Assembly: GCA_030682795.1 (NCBI GenBank)
Contig: JAUXNJ010000010.1
Coordinates: 176,660 to 240,659 of the forward strand
Source: Sphingobacteriaceae bacterium
GTDB lineage: Bacteria > Bacteroidota > Bacteroidia > UBA7662
Direction of reading: 5' to 3'
Length of the DNA: 64,000 nucleotides
A model generated the notes under the pieces. That model did no database searches, was not told the origin of the DNA, and saw only the letters and a program-made list of their open reading frames with translations. Positions 1 through 10,638 of the stretch are shown in pieces (the stretch's first letter is position 1; each line of letters opens with the position of its first letter). The position numbers and the translations under genes were made by a program.

Positions 1-1483
1 TGGCGGTGTTCAAGGCCGTGATGGCTTGCGCGCTGTTGGCGCTTGAACCTACCGCGCGAAGCTCAAACTTATTGCCAGTAAAGGCAAAAGGCGAGGTGCG
101 GTTACGGTCGGTATTGTCGAGCAAAATCTCTGGAATGGCTTTGATGCTGTTGATCAAGCTGCGGACTTCGCCTTCGTTGTGTTCGATTTTGCCTTTTTCG
201 ATTTCGTCGAGTACCTGGCTGAGCTGCGAGCCTAAGAAGGCCGACATGATGGCTGGCGGTGCTTCGTTGGCACCCAAACGGTGGTCGTTGCTAGCTGAAG
301 CAATGGCGGCACGAATCAAATCTGCGTAATCGTGGAAAGCCTTGATGGTATTCACAAAGAAGGTGAGAAACATCAAATTGCTCTTCGGCGTTTTGCCGGG
401 CGAAAGCAGGTTTTTGCCGGTATTGGTGCCGAGCGACCAGTTGTTGTGCTTGCCCGAGCCATTTACGCCTGCAAAAGGCTTCTCATGCAGCAGCACGCGG
501 AAGTGGTGGCGCTTGGCAATCTTCTCCATCAAATCCATCAACAATTGGTTGTGGTCGATGGCGAGGTTGATTTCTTCGAAAACGGGGGCGCACTCAAACT
601 GACCAGGGGCTACCTCGTTGTGACGGGTCTTGAGTGGAATGCCCAATTTGAGGGCCTCGTACTCCAAATCCACCATAAAGGCGTGCACCCGCTCAGGAAT
701 GCTGCCGAAGTAGTGGTCTTCGAGCTGCTGACCACGCGCCGGAGCATGACCAAACAAGGTGCGACCGGCCATCATCAAGTCGGGGCGGGCTGCAAACAAG
801 GTGCCATCTACCAAAAAATACTCCTGCTCAATGCCGAGGGTAGGGGTTACCTGGGTGATGTTTTTATCGAAATACTGACAAACAGCCACACCTGCAGCTT
901 CAACTGCGGCGAGCGACTTGAGCAAGGGTGATTTATAATCTAGGGCTTCGCCGGTATAAGATACAAAAATGGTAGGGATGCAAAGGGTGTTGCCCGCTGG
1001 ACCTTTAAAGATAAATGCCGGAGAAGAAGGATCCCAAGCAGTATAGCCACGGGCTTCAAAAGTATTGCGGATGCCGCCGTTCGGGAAGCTCGACGCATCG
1101 GGTTCTTGCTGTACAAGGGCGCCTGCACTGAAAGCTTCGATGGCTTCGCCTTCGTTGTTAAGCGAGAAAAAGGCATCGTGTTTTTCGGCAGTTGCGCCGG
1201 TGAGGGGCTGAAACCAGTGGGTGTAGTGGGTAGCACCTTTACTTACGGCCCAGTTTTTCATGCCGTTGGCCACTTGTTGGGCAATTTCTTTGTCAACCCG
1301 CGTGCCTTTGTGGATGCATGCCATCAGACTTTCGTACACATCTTCGGCGAGGAATTCGCGCATCGACTTGCGATCAAAAACGTTCTCACCAAAAATCTGT
1401 GAGATTTTGGCGGTAGGAGCGGTCACCTGAATGAGCTGACGGTTGCGAACCGTGCGTAGGGCTTCTTTGCGGATAGTTGACAT
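1..1483 (-). CDS. glnA: Glutamine synthetase type III (GSIII), N-terminal ~494 aa; C-terminus runs off the window start
   Basis: Reverse-strand translation from the ATG at 1483 gives MSTIRKEALRTVRNRQLIQVTAPTAKISQIFGENVFDRKSMREFLAEDVYESLM, and further on ...EDHYFGSIPERVHAFMVDLEYEALKLGIP... This is typical of the Bacteroides-type GSIII N-terminus. The frame stays open to position 1, so it is absent from the ORF track because there is no stop in the window. The + strand ORFs at 6..931 are antisense shadows. Confidence 0.85.
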   Translation of the reverse strand, partial: MSTIRKEALRTVRNRQLIQVTAPTAKISQIFGENVFDRKSMREFLAEDVYESLMACIHKGTRVDKEIAQQVANGMKNWAVSKGATHYTHWFQPLTGATAEKHDAFFSLNNEGEAIEAFSAGALVQQEPDASSFPNGGIRNTFEARGYTAWDPSSPAFIFKGPAGNTLCIPTIFVSYTGEALDYKSPLLKSLAAVEAAGVAVCQYFDKNITQVTPTLGIEQEYFLVDGTLFAARPDLMMAGRTLFGHAPARGQQLEDHYFGSIPERVHAFMVDLEYEALKLGIPLKTRHNEVAPGQFECAPVFEEINLAIDHNQLLMDLMEKIAKRHHFRVLLHEKPFAGVNGSGKHNNWSLGTNTGKNLLSPGKTPKSNLMFLTFFVNTIKAFHDYADLIRAAIASASNDHRLGANEAPPAIMSAFLGSQLSQVLDEIEKGKIEHNEGEVRSLINSIKAIPEILLDNTDRNRTSPFAFTGNKFELRAVGSSANSAQAITALNTA

Positions 1484-1846
1484 GTTTTTTGAGGATTATG
1501 TGGCAAAAGTAGGGGGTTATTTTGGTTCGGCAATAGTATTTTTTAAATTTGAACTATTGTTTTTGTATTTTTTGTTCAAAAATCAGTGCTGTTTGCTGTA
1601 TAATAAATATATGGTTTTAATTTATACGATTAGTTTATGCTCTTTCTTAGCCTGAGGGTATGGCTGATTTAAACAGCACATTGTGGATATAAAAGTCCCA
1701 AATCGCCAATCGAAATCGCCCTTCGACTGATGCTGCCGCAGCGCTTAGGGACCCGTCTAGCAGTAAAGCCATCAGAAATCAGACGTCGGAAATCTTAAAT
1801 CATAAATCGTTTTTCTTCCCTGAGAAAAGCGTAATTTTGCAGCCGT

Positions 1847-2293
1847 ATGACAAAGCGCCTTCTGTCCATTTGCCTGCTGCTGTTGCTCGTTGCACCGGCG
1901 GTAACGGCGCAAAAAATCAAGCAAAAAAAGGTTCCTTTCGATCTATTGGTCGTTTTTAGAGATGCCTACCCGGCCGCCACCGAGCAACAGTGGCGCAAAC
2001 ATCCCGAGGGCTACCTGGTGAAGTTTGAGCACCTTGGAAAGCGCAAACAAGCAGTATACAAGGCCAATTTAGAGTGGGTAAGTCGCGAAAGCACGCTCAC
2101 CAAAGAAGAACTCCCGCTGCCTGCCCTCTTGCATTTACAAGAAAATTTTGCCGCCTGCGATGTACAACAGGTGCGCGCCCTCGAAATTCCAAGCAAGGTG
2201 ACCCTCGAAGTCATTGCTTATTGTACAGCCGATAAAAAAACACAGCTGCTGCGTTTCGATCGCAACGGCCGCCTTCTCAAAGAAAAAGATTAA
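1847..2293 (+). CDS. Small secreted protein with N-terminal signal peptide (PepSY-like/unknown)
   Basis: MTKRLLSICLLLLLVAPAVTAQ signal peptide. 148 aa, intergenic upstream region, codon usage like neighbours. Confidence 0.55.
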   Translation: MTKRLLSICLLLLLVAPAVTAQKIKQKKVPFDLLVVFRDAYPAATEQQWRKHPEGYLVKFEHLGKRKQAVYKANLEWVSRESTLTKEELPLPALLHLQENFAACDVQQVRALEIPSKVTLEVIAYCTADKKTQLLRFDRNGRLLKEKD

Positions 2294-2303
2294 ATAGCCA
2301 ACC

Positions 2304-4523
2304 GTGGAAGATAAATTGACGACCGTAGAAACCGCCAAAGAGCTCGGCTTATTGCCAGAGGAATTCGACAAAATCTGCGAAATTTTAGGCCGTGTGCCCA
2401 ATTTCAACGAGCTCAGCGTGTATTCGGTGATGTGGAGCGAGCACTGCTCGTACAAAAACTCGATCGTATGGCTCAAAACCCTACCCAAAGACGGCGAGCG
2501 CATGCTGGCCAAAGCGGGTGAAGAAAACGCAGGCCTGGTCGACATTGGCGACGGCCTAGGTTGCGCTTTTAAAATCGAATCCCACAACCACCCATCTGCC
2601 ATTGAACCTTATCAGGGCGCGGCAACAGGGGTGGGCGGCATCAACCGCGACATCTTTACCATGGGCGCGCGCCCCATTGCGCAGCTCAACAGTCTGCGCT
2701 TCGGCAACCTGCAGCAAGAACGCACCAAGTGGATCATCCGCGGTGTGGTGAAGGGCATTGGCGACTACGGCAATGCTTTTGGCGTACCAACGGTAGGCGG
2801 CGAGGTGTATTTCGACGATTGCTTCACGGTAAATCCGCTGGTGAATGCGATGTCGGTAGGCATTGTTGAAAAAGGCAAAACGGTTTCGGCCATTTCTTAC
2901 GGGGTGGGCAATCCGGTGTTTATTGTGGGTTCGCATACGGGCAAGGACGGCATCCATGGTGCTGCTTTTGCTTCGAAAGATATTACCGAGGACTCGGCCG
3001 ACGACCTGCCATCGGTGCAGGTGGGCGATCCTTTCCAGGAAAAATTGCTGTTGGAGGCCACTTTGGAGGCCATCGATACTGGTGCCATCATTGGCATGCA
3101 AGACATGGGCGCCGCGGGCATCATTTGCTCGAGCTCCGAAATGTCGGCCAAAGGCGAGCACGGCATGGTGATTTGGCTCGATAAGGTGCCTACCCGTCAG
3201 GCCAATATGAAGCCCTGGGAGATTTTGCTCTCCGAATCGCAAGAGCGCATGCTCATCGTGTGCAAAAAGGGTCATGAGGACAAGCTGCTGGCGGTTTTCG
3301 ACAAATGGGACATCAACTGCGAGCAAATTGGCGAAGTAACGGCCGGCGAGCGCTTGCATTTTTACATGCACAACGAGCTGGTGGCCGATTTGCCTGCCGA
3401 AAGTTTGGTTTTGGGCGGAGGAGCACCGGTGTACCACCGCGAATACCGCGAACCAGCCTATCTGCAAGAAATTGCCAAGTACAACAACGCGGCGGTGCCT
3501 GAGCCTGCCGATTTGTTGCCTGTGATGCAGCATTTGGCTACGCACCCCAACCTTTGTTCGAAGAAGTGGGTGTATCAGCAATACGACAGCATGGTGGGCA
3601 CCATCAACATGACCACCAACCAGCCATCCGATGCGTCGGTGGTGGAGGTGCGCGGCACAGACAAGGCTTTGGCCATGTCGGTCGATTGCAACTCCCGCTA
3701 CATTTACGCCGATCCGCACAAAGGCACGGCCATTGCGGTGGCCGAGGCCGCACGTAACATTGTTTGTTCGGGTGGAGAAGCGGTTGCGGTAACCAACTGT
3801 TTGAATTTTGGCAATCCTTACAATCCAGAAGTGTATTGGCAGTTTGTTGGGGCCATCAAAGGCATGAGCGAAGCTTGTTTGGCGCTCGGCACCCCGGTAA
3901 CTGGCGGTAATGTAAGCTTTTACAACCAGTCGAGCTACGAAGGTCCCGTTTACCCATCACCCGTAATTGGCATGGTGGGCATCCTCGACAATAAAAACCA
4001 ACATCAAACCTTGTATTTTAAGCGCCCGGGCGATTTGATTTACGTTTTGGGTGAGATGAACAACGACCTTGGCAGTTCGCAATACATTTACAGCTACCAC
4101 GGCATCAAGCACAGTAGTTGTCCCCATTTTGAAATCGACGCCGAAGTAAAACTCCACCAGGTGCTGCATCAAATTCGCGCCAACAACCTGGCCGAAAGCA
4201 TGCACGACATTGCCGATGGTGGTTTGTTCATCAACCTCATTGAGAGTGGTTTTTACAACAAACTTGGTTTTAACATCAGCACCGATGCTGCCTTGCGCAC
4301 CGATGCCTTTTTGTTTGGCGAAACGCAAAGCCGCGCGGTGATCAGCATCGATCCACACGAGCAGCCCGTTTTAGAAAAGCTGTTGAACGCCTCTGGTATT
4401 CCTTTCCGCTTGTTGGGCGAGGTAACCGAGGGCGCTGTGCGCATCAATGGCACCGAATACCCGAGCATTGAGGCCTTTGGCCAGCTGTATGACGAGGCCC
4501 TGGGCCAAATCATGGAGGCTTGA
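2304..4523 (+). CDS. purL: Phosphoribosylformylglycinamidine synthase subunit PurL (FGAM synthase II)
   Basis: 739 aa. Motifs ...[15 protein letters not shown]..., the AIR-synthase-related fold repeated twice, and [10 protein letters not shown] typical of PurL. Confidence 0.9.
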   Translation: MEDKLTTVETAKELGLLPEEFDKICEILGRVPNFNELSVYSVMWSEHCSYKNSIVWLKTLPKDGERMLAKAGEENAGLVDIGDGLGCAFKIESHNHPSAIEPYQGAATGVGGINRDIFTMGARPIAQLNSLRFGNLQQERTKWIIRGVVKGIGDYGNAFGVPTVGGEVYFDDCFTVNPLVNAMSVGIVEKGKTVSAISYGVGNPVFIVGSHTGKDGIHGAAFASKDITEDSADDLPSVQVGDPFQEKLLLEATLEAIDTGAIIGMQDMGAAGIICSSSEMSAKGEHGMVIWLDKVPTRQANMKPWEILLSESQERMLIVCKKGHEDKLLAVFDKWDINCEQIGEVTAGERLHFYMHNELVADLPAESLVLGGGAPVYHREYREPAYLQEIAKYNNAAVPEPADLLPVMQHLATHPNLCSKKWVYQQYDSMVGTINMTTNQPSDASVVEVRGTDKALAMSVDCNSRYIYADPHKGTAIAVAEAARNIVCSGGEAVAVTNCLNFGNPYNPEVYWQFVGAIKGMSEACLALGTPVTGGNVSFYNQSSYEGPVYPSPVIGMVGILDNKNQHQTLYFKRPGDLIYVLGEMNNDLGSSQYIYSYHGIKHSSCPHFEIDAEVKLHQVLHQIRANNLAESMHDIADGGLFINLIESGFYNKLGFNISTDAALRTDAFLFGETQSRAVISIDPHEQPVLEKLLNASGIPFRLLGEVTEGAVRINGTEYPSIEAFGQLYDEALGQIMEA

Positions 4524-5695
4524 TGCCTGGGCCAACCCGGCTTCATAAACTTTTTTGGATAACGCTCCTTACCCTGCCGCTGCTGTTTACCTGCAGGGAA
4601 CAGGGCAAGGATGCTTATCGCGAGTCGCCACCAGGGCCCGCGTTCATCAACGATCCTGCCGACATGGCGCGCAAGGCAGCTAGCATCGACAGTTTGGTGC
4701 AGCATCGGTTTAAGCCACGTGGCTTTAATGGAGTGTTGTTGGTGGCGCACCGGGGGCAAATCCTCTACGAAGCGGCAGTGGGTATGGCGTCAAGCAAGCG
4801 CGGCGACAGTCTGAGCACCGATGCCCTCTTCGAGCTCGCCTCCGTCTCCAAACAATTTACTGCCGTAGCCATTTTGCAGCTCATGGAAGCGGGCAAACTC
4901 TCGCTCAACGACAGCATCCAACGCTTTTTTCCCGATTTTCCGCACCGCGGAATTACCGTACACATGCTGCTGGCGCACCGCGGTGGCCTCAGCAATTATA
5001 TGTACGATGCCGATCGCCTGTGGCCCGACCAAAGCAAGTACCTCGACAACCAACAGCTCGTGCAGCTTTTGAGCGAGCAACCGCAACAGCGTTGGTACAC
5101 CCCCGACCGCCGTTACGACTACAGCAACACCGGCTATGCCTTGCTCGCCGCCATTGTAGAGGAAGTGAGTGGGATGCGCTTCCGCGACTACGCCCGCAAG
5201 CATTTGTTTGAGCCGGCGGGCATGCAATCGGCCTTTGTGATTAACCCCAAGCGCAGTTTGCCCGATGCGGCTGTGAGTGGACACACCGGCTACTTTCGGC
5301 CCGTTACCACCAAGTATTTTCTCAACGGTGTGGTCGGCGACAAAGGCATTTACGCCTCTGCCCGCGATTTGTATGCCTGGGAGCAGGCCCTTTTCCGCAA
5401 CAAGCTCATCAGCGCCAGCAGCATGGCCTTGGCACTGCAGCCGCACAATCCCCGCAACCGCCGCTTGGCCAGCTACGGCTACGGCTGGCGCATGTATACC
5501 ACGCTGCATGGTTACGAAGTGCGGTTTCATGGCGGCTGGTGGCGCGGCTTCAAAACCTTGCTCGTGCACATGCCCGAGGATGAAACTTGCATCATTGCCC
5601 TCAGCAACAAAACCAGCGGGGCCAACATCGACAAAGCAGCCATTCTTAGTATTTTATATGGAGGGCTGGCGGAAGCAGATGGGCAGGAGGAGTAG
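4520..5695 (+). CDS. Serine hydrolase, beta-lactamase/transpeptidase-like family (class C-like)
   Basis: S-x-x-K motif in [19 protein letters not shown], a Y-x-N motif (YSNTGYALL), and an N-terminal signal/lipoprotein-like leader. Overlaps the purL stop by 4 bp. Confidence 0.8.
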   Translation: MMPGPTRLHKLFWITLLTLPLLFTCREQGKDAYRESPPGPAFINDPADMARKAASIDSLVQHRFKPRGFNGVLLVAHRGQILYEAAVGMASSKRGDSLSTDALFELASVSKQFTAVAILQLMEAGKLSLNDSIQRFFPDFPHRGITVHMLLAHRGGLSNYMYDADRLWPDQSKYLDNQQLVQLLSEQPQQRWYTPDRRYDYSNTGYALLAAIVEEVSGMRFRDYARKHLFEPAGMQSAFVINPKRSLPDAAVSGHTGYFRPVTTKYFLNGVVGDKGIYASARDLYAWEQALFRNKLISASSMALALQPHNPRNRRLASYGYGWRMYTTLHGYEVRFHGGWWRGFKTLLVHMPEDETCIIALSNKTSGANIDKAAILSILYGGLAEADGQEE

Positions 5696-5744
5696 GTTCT
5701 TGAAGGATGCTTTGCGGCTTAAGTGCCGAAACTGTGAATCTGAT

Positions 5745-5800
5745 CACGTTATTCCTATGAAAAATGTGTAAATCATCACATTATTCCTATGAAAAGTGTG
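5745..5800. promoter_or_regulatory. Two tandem imperfectly palindromic 24-mers, CAC(G/A)TTATTCCTATGAAAA(A/G)TGTG, 8 bp apart. Candidate dimeric DNA-binding-protein operator pair.
   Basis: Read directly from sequence at 5745-5768 and 5777-5800. Each unit has inverted CACnTT...AAnTGTG ends. Confidence 0.35.
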
Positions 5801-6431
5801 ATTGAACCGTATTGATGGCGGACTCAGAAGGTATTGCAGTCACATTTGTGAACTTAAGTTGTCGGGTCAAAAGCACATAGACTTGGCTTGCCGCTAACAC
5901 GACAGCTTTTGCCTTAGTAAATAGGAACAAAAGCATAGCGTGCGAAATGTTTTGATTCAAATTCGTAAAAATTGCGGTTATAGTAGGGATGTGGTTTTAT
6001 CCCTTCCAATTCATGAAAAGGTCAATTAATAAGGGGATCATTGAGCCGGGACATTAAAAATGACTAGCTATAGGTCAAAGTGAAAAAGATGAAACTACAC
6101 ATGACCACAATTTGTCCCCAAAAAATAGCCTGATAAACCGATTTTAATTGGCTGTCCTTTTCATTGCTAATGATGGCGTAGAAAAGTATGAAATCGCTCG
6201 GTTTTACTATAATTCCAGGGCTTTTTATGCTTTTTTATCTAAAATGGCCATCATTTTCAACCACAATATCCCGCCTAAGCAACCATGGATTAGAAATATT
6301 GACAGTTCATGCATTTGTAATATACTTTGTAAATTGGGTGGGGTAGAGGTCTACATGTTCTACAAAGAAGTTGTTAAGGTAATTTTTGCCATCTATGGCT
6401 AAAGATACGACTGAGCTTAAAATGCTAGCAA

Positions 6432-6752
6432 TTACATTGAATTGTTTTGGCTAATGATAGAAAGCAATTTTTCTGGGTTTTGGCGATTATCCCAAAAGGC
6501 CAAAACGATAATGTCAGTTGCAGAGAGTGTATAATAAATACTAAAATTACCCATGCTAGCACAACGTACATTTACAAGATCAATGGTTCTAAATAGGTCA
6601 GGCTTTAGCGCAATTTCAGACAAAAAGGTATTAGTTATCTGGATGATTTTTGTTGCATAAACCTTATTCCCATTACGTTTTGCCCAATAATTTAAAATTG
6701 ATCTTCTCTGTTTGACAGCAATTTCTGTCCATATCACCCTTCTCGTAGCCAT
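6432..6752 (-). CDS. Type II toxin, RelE/ParE family (plasmid-stabilisation-like)
   Basis: 106 aa. It overlaps the upstream small gene by 19 bp and shows the ParE-like pattern (...IVLAFWDNRQNP...). It sits in an AT-rich islet. Confidence 0.6.
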   Translation of the reverse strand: MATRRVIWTEIAVKQRRSILNYWAKRNGNKVYATKIIQITNTFLSEIALKPDLFRTIDLVNVRCASMGNFSIYYTLSATDIIVLAFWDNRQNPEKLLSIISQNNSM

Positions 6753-6976
6753 GCTTCGTCTAACTCCTGCAAGGTTTCCGTGCTTATAAGCCTGCCAGCA
6801 GCTGCATCCGCCAAGGCCATTTCCAGCATGGTTTTCTGAGCGCTTGTTAGAAGCTGTTGGCTAGCTTGTTTAGACATACTTTTCACCATCGCGTTCAAGA
6901 CTTGCAGCTTTTGTTCATCCTCCATAACGCTGATATTTTGGATGATCGCTTGTTTTAAATCTGTGATTACTGGCAT
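6734..6976 (-). CDS. Putative antitoxin / addiction-module component (TIGR02574-like), partner of the ParE-like toxin
   Basis: 80 aa, immediately upstream of and overlapping the toxin gene. C-terminal ...LQELDEAWLREG resembles the addiction-module component family. Confidence 0.5.
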   Translation of the reverse strand: MPVITDLKQAIIQNISVMEDEQKLQVLNAMVKSMSKQASQQLLTSAQKTMLEMALADAAAGRLISTETLQELDEAWLREG

Positions 6977-7187
6977 CTTTTAAGTTTTAATCTAAGTTAC
7001 AAAAATTGAAAATAGTTTGAAGGCATTTCAGAGAAAAGGTTTGAGTTTCCTAAGCCAGCAATTTAATATCAAATTTTGCTCATGAGTGGTAAATAGTATG
7101 CTGAACATTTAAACCAATCTAGAATATCTGCAGCATTAAAATTAAACCCGAACTTTACCTCCTCCTTTGGGTTATTATAAAAACACC

Positions 7188-7793
7188 ATGTCGAAGTCTA
7201 CTTGGTTTGACCAACTACAACAATTGCTCGGTGGTAAAAGCAGTAACACCGGCACCCAGCAGCTCGTGCACGAACCGCTGGTGCGCTCTCAGCGCTTTGA
7301 GCAGGAGTTGCAGCTGTATGTGCAGCACCAAGAGGCTACGCACTTGGAATTACTGCGACAAAACTACCAGCGGGCAAGTCTACAGCCCGGCAGCGTAGCC
7401 AAATTTGTAGTGCTCAATGGCGAGCATGCGGCGGGATTTATGTGGTATGCCGAAGCCGCCGTGCCAGAGAAGCATTACGATTTTATGCTCGACCGACTGG
7501 CGCGTTTGGTGGCCGAACAAGGCTATGTAGAACAGCAAAACGAGCGAAAAATTTGGCCTGTGGGCGATGCCTGGCAGGAGCTCCACAAGCGCTACCTCAA
7601 GCCCAAACTGCGGTCGGAGGAGCTGGCGAACGGCTTGATAAATCAGCGGTTTGGCAATGTGCTGCTCGAAACTTTGCGGCGCGATGGGCAGCTGAAGTAC
7701 TTAAAACTGCAGTGTAATGTGTACCAAGACCATCTGTACACCCCCGCCAAAAGCTTCGAGCGCTTGATGGAGCTGGTGCTGCAAGGCGGCTAA
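7188..7793 (+). CDS. Hypothetical protein (track ORF begins at 7167; MSKSTWF at 7188 is the more likely start)
   Basis: Long ORF with GC-rich codon usage. No recognisable motif. Confidence 0.5.
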   Translation: MSKSTWFDQLQQLLGGKSSNTGTQQLVHEPLVRSQRFEQELQLYVQHQEATHLELLRQNYQRASLQPGSVAKFVVLNGEHAAGFMWYAEAAVPEKHYDFMLDRLARLVAEQGYVEQQNERKIWPVGDAWQELHKRYLKPKLRSEELANGLINQRFGNVLLETLRRDGQLKYLKLQCNVYQDHLYTPAKSFERLMELVLQGG

Positions 7794-7797
7794 AGCC

Positions 7798-8295
7798 TTA
7801 GGCCGTTGCTGGCTGAAACATTTGGGCGTGCCAGCTTTCTGAAAAAGGCAACAGCCACTTGGATTCGAGGGCTTCTTTGGTAAACACCATATTGTTTACC
7901 ACTGTGGTATTGGCGGTAATGCGACCGCTTTGTACGGCTTTTTCAAACTCGTTGCGGTGCAGGGTATGCAACTGACCCTCTTCCTCAAAAGCCAACAACA
8001 TGCGATCAAACAAGGTCACCCCCAGTTCGCTTTCAATAATTTGCATAAAATGCACCGATTTGTCGATGCTACAGCCCGATGCCGGCATATTGGTCTCGTC
8101 AACCGCCAGCACGATAAACTGGTTGCGCAGGATGAGGTAGCTGCCCTGGAGCTCCTTGTTGTGGGCGGTCCAGCTTTCTACAAAAGTGCGCAGGGCGGCG
8201 TGTAAACTGTTGATTTCTCCTTCTTGAAAAGGGCGATTGCTTTGGTAAATCCAGATTTTTGAGGCGGGCGAAAGGGCTTCGAAGGCTGCGTACAT
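7798..8295 (-). CDS. Conserved hypothetical protein (165 aa)
   Basis: Uninterrupted ORF, convergent with the upstream gene. No recognisable catalytic motif. Confidence 0.5.
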   Translation of the reverse strand: MYAAFEALSPASKIWIYQSNRPFQEGEINSLHAALRTFVESWTAHNKELQGSYLILRNQFIVLAVDETNMPASGCSIDKSVHFMQIIESELGVTLFDRMLLAFEEEGQLHTLHRNEFEKAVQSGRITANTTVVNNMVFTKEALESKWLLPFSESWHAQMFQPATA

Positions 8296-8312
8296 GCTGT
8301 TGTTAGAATTGC

Positions 8313-9116
8313 TTAGTTGATTAAACCATTGGCACCGGCAATGAGTTCAGCGATGTCGTAAACTTTGATGCTGCTTTCTTTTTCTTTGTTTTTTACGCCA
8401 TCGGTGAGCATGGTCATGCAAAACGGACAAGCTGCGGCCACCACATCGGGTTGGGTTTCGAGGGCGTCCTCGATGCGCTCGATGTTCACTTCTTTTTTGC
8501 CTTTTTCAGCTTCTTTAAACATCTGTGCGCCACCAGCCCCGCAACAAAGTCCTTTGGCCTTGCTCCGCTTCATCTCCACCAAATCGGCATCCAAGGCCTC
8601 GAGCACCTGTCGTGGTGCTTCGTAAATGCCGTTGGCGCGACCTAAATAACACGAATCGTGGAAGGTGATGCGTTTTCCTTTAAAAGCACCGCCATCTTTT
8701 ACCTTTAACCGACCTTCGTTAATGAGCTGCTGCAGCAAGGTGGCATGGTGCAGCACCTCGTAATTGCCGCCGAGCTCGGGGTATTCGTTTTTGAGGGTGT
8801 TGAAGCAGTGGGGACAAGCCGTCACAATTTTCTTCACCTCGTACATATTCATTACTTGGATGTTTTGCGCGGCTTGCATCTGGAACAAAAATTCATTGCC
8901 AGCGCGTTTGGCGGGATCGCCGGTGCAGCTTTCTTCGGTGCCCAGCACGGCGAATTTCATGCCTACTTCGTGCAGAATGGCAGCCACCGCCCGGGTGATT
9001 TTGCGGGCACGGTCGTCGAAACTACCAGCGCAACCTACCCAGAACAATATTTCGGGCGCTTCGCCTTTGGCGGCCAATTCGGCCATGGTGTCGATTTTCA
9101 GCGTAATGGCGCTCAT
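8313..9116 (-). CDS. (Fe-S)-binding protein with two cysteine-rich CCG domains (HdrD/GlpC C-terminal-like)
   Basis: CCG-type motifs CPHCFNTL...CCGAGG and CPFCMTML. Overlaps the upstream gene by 4 bp, suggesting operon coupling. Confidence 0.8.
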   Translation of the reverse strand: MSAITLKIDTMAELAAKGEAPEILFWVGCAGSFDDRARKITRAVAAILHEVGMKFAVLGTEESCTGDPAKRAGNEFLFQMQAAQNIQVMNMYEVKKIVTACPHCFNTLKNEYPELGGNYEVLHHATLLQQLINEGRLKVKDGGAFKGKRITFHDSCYLGRANGIYEAPRQVLEALDADLVEMKRSKAKGLCCGAGGAQMFKEAEKGKKEVNIERIEDALETQPDVVAAACPFCMTMLTDGVKNKEKESSIKVYDIAELIAGANGLIN

Positions 9117-10456
9117 GCTTCTGCGTTTTTAGTGTTGATTTCAAGATTGTCGGCCCAGCCCATGCGGTCGGCAGCCGGGAACTGCCAAGGCGCGCCGTTG
9201 TTTTCGATGTTGTTGAACATCAAGCCCCATTCCGACGGCACCTGCGAGGCTTCCATGGCCTGGTAGCGACGCAGCTCGGTGATGATGGTAACGGGGTTGA
9301 TGAGTACCGGACAAGCCTCTACACAAGCATTGCAAGTGTTGCAAGCCTGAATTTCTTCGGCCGTGATGTGGTCGCCGAGCAGCGCTTTACCATCATCTAC
9401 AAAAGAGCCATTTTTATCGATGTTCGCGCCCACCACTTCGAGTCGGTCGCGGGTATCCATCATGATTTTGCGGGGAGAGAGGAGCTTGCCGGTGGTGTTG
9501 GCCGGACAAACGCTCGTACAACGGCCGCACTCGGTGCAGCTGTAGGCGTCGAGCAGACTCTTCCAGGGGAGGTCCATCACGTCTTTGGCGCCAAAACGAC
9601 CAGGGGCTTCGGCACCGTCGGCCGGGGCGGCGTAGGGATTGGCGTTCGGGTCGAGCATCATGGCTACTTCCTTTTGCACGCTTTCCATGTTGTTCATTTG
9701 TCCGGATGGCTCCAATTGCGCATACCACGTATTCGGGAAAGCCAAAATGATGTGGAAATGCTTGCTGTACGGCAGGTAATTGAGGAAGGCGAGGATGCCC
9801 ACGATGTGTGCCCACCAGCTGATGCGTTCGATGCTGTGGAGGCCGCTTTCAGAAACGCCCGCCAGCAGCGGTGCGAGTAAATTGCTCACGGCATAGCCTG
9901 TTTTGCCTTCCATATTGGCCTCAGCGGTATTCATGAGCAACAGTGCGCTCATCAGCACCACTTCGATGATGAGGATGAGGTTGGCATCGAGGCGCGGCCA
10001 GCCGGTCATTTCGGGACTCGTAAAGCGGGCCACGGGTTGGATGTTGCGGCGCCAGAAAAATACCACGCAAGCCAGGATCACGCCGATGGCCAAAATCTCA
10101 AAAAAGCCGATGATTACGTTGTAAAAACCTCCCAAAAGCGGCTGAAACACCCGGTGGGTACCAAAAATGCCATCGATTACAATCTCCGCCACCTCTAAAT
10201 TGATGAGCACAAAGCCCACGTAAATGAGGATGTGGAAGAAGCCAGCCACCGGCCGGGTAACCATTTTGCTTTGTCCCATCGCCACACGTGCCATGGTTGA
10301 CCAGCGCTCCGACTTGCGGTCGGTGCGGTTGAGGGGCTTTCCTAGGAAGATATTTCTGCGAATTTTACCCACTTTGCGGGCAAAAATGCCACCGCCCAAG
10401 GCGAGTAAAAGAATGAAAATGATGTTTTGTAGCATGCCGATTGCTTTAGACGCCAA
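9113..10456 (-). CDS. Membrane-anchored 4Fe-4S dicluster oxidoreductase subunit (N-terminal TM helices plus two CxxCxxCxxxCP ferredoxin motifs)
   Basis: CTECGRCTSVCP and CNTCNACVEACP. Several hydrophobic segments in the N-terminal half. Confidence 0.8.
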   Translation of the reverse strand: MASKAIGMLQNIIFILLLALGGGIFARKVGKIRRNIFLGKPLNRTDRKSERWSTMARVAMGQSKMVTRPVAGFFHILIYVGFVLINLEVAEIVIDGIFGTHRVFQPLLGGFYNVIIGFFEILAIGVILACVVFFWRRNIQPVARFTSPEMTGWPRLDANLILIIEVVLMSALLLMNTAEANMEGKTGYAVSNLLAPLLAGVSESGLHSIERISWWAHIVGILAFLNYLPYSKHFHIILAFPNTWYAQLEPSGQMNNMESVQKEVAMMLDPNANPYAAPADGAEAPGRFGAKDVMDLPWKSLLDAYSCTECGRCTSVCPANTTGKLLSPRKIMMDTRDRLEVVGANIDKNGSFVDDGKALLGDHITAEEIQACNTCNACVEACPVLINPVTIITELRRYQAMEASQVPSEWGLMFNNIENNGAPWQFPAADRMGWADNLEINTKNAEA

Positions 10457-10638
10457 AATAAGCGTAGAAGGCCGTATTTTTCAAGAAAAGGCCGCTTGTT
10501 TTCAAGGATTTTTATACTTTAGAATGATTCTAAGTTAAAAGGCCGTCATTTACGAAGCAAGCATTGCTAAAGGGCGAGTTTGATGAATGATCATGCTGTT
10601 CCAACCTCGCTTTTCAAACCAAAACATGCCAAAGCAAC

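Noticed and set aside
2556-3719. 387-aa minus-strand ORF inside purL
   Set aside because: Antisense shadow ORF in a GC-rich gene: Arg/Ala/His-rich low-complexity translation. purL on the + strand has clear family motifs.
4790-5569. 259-aa minus-strand ORF
   Set aside because: Antisense shadow of the serine hydrolase gene (the S-x-x-K motif is on the + strand).
6148-6402. 84-aa ORF in the AT-rich islet
   Set aside because: No signal, motif or partner. Could be a chance ORF in AT-rich DNA. Mentioned only as something to test.
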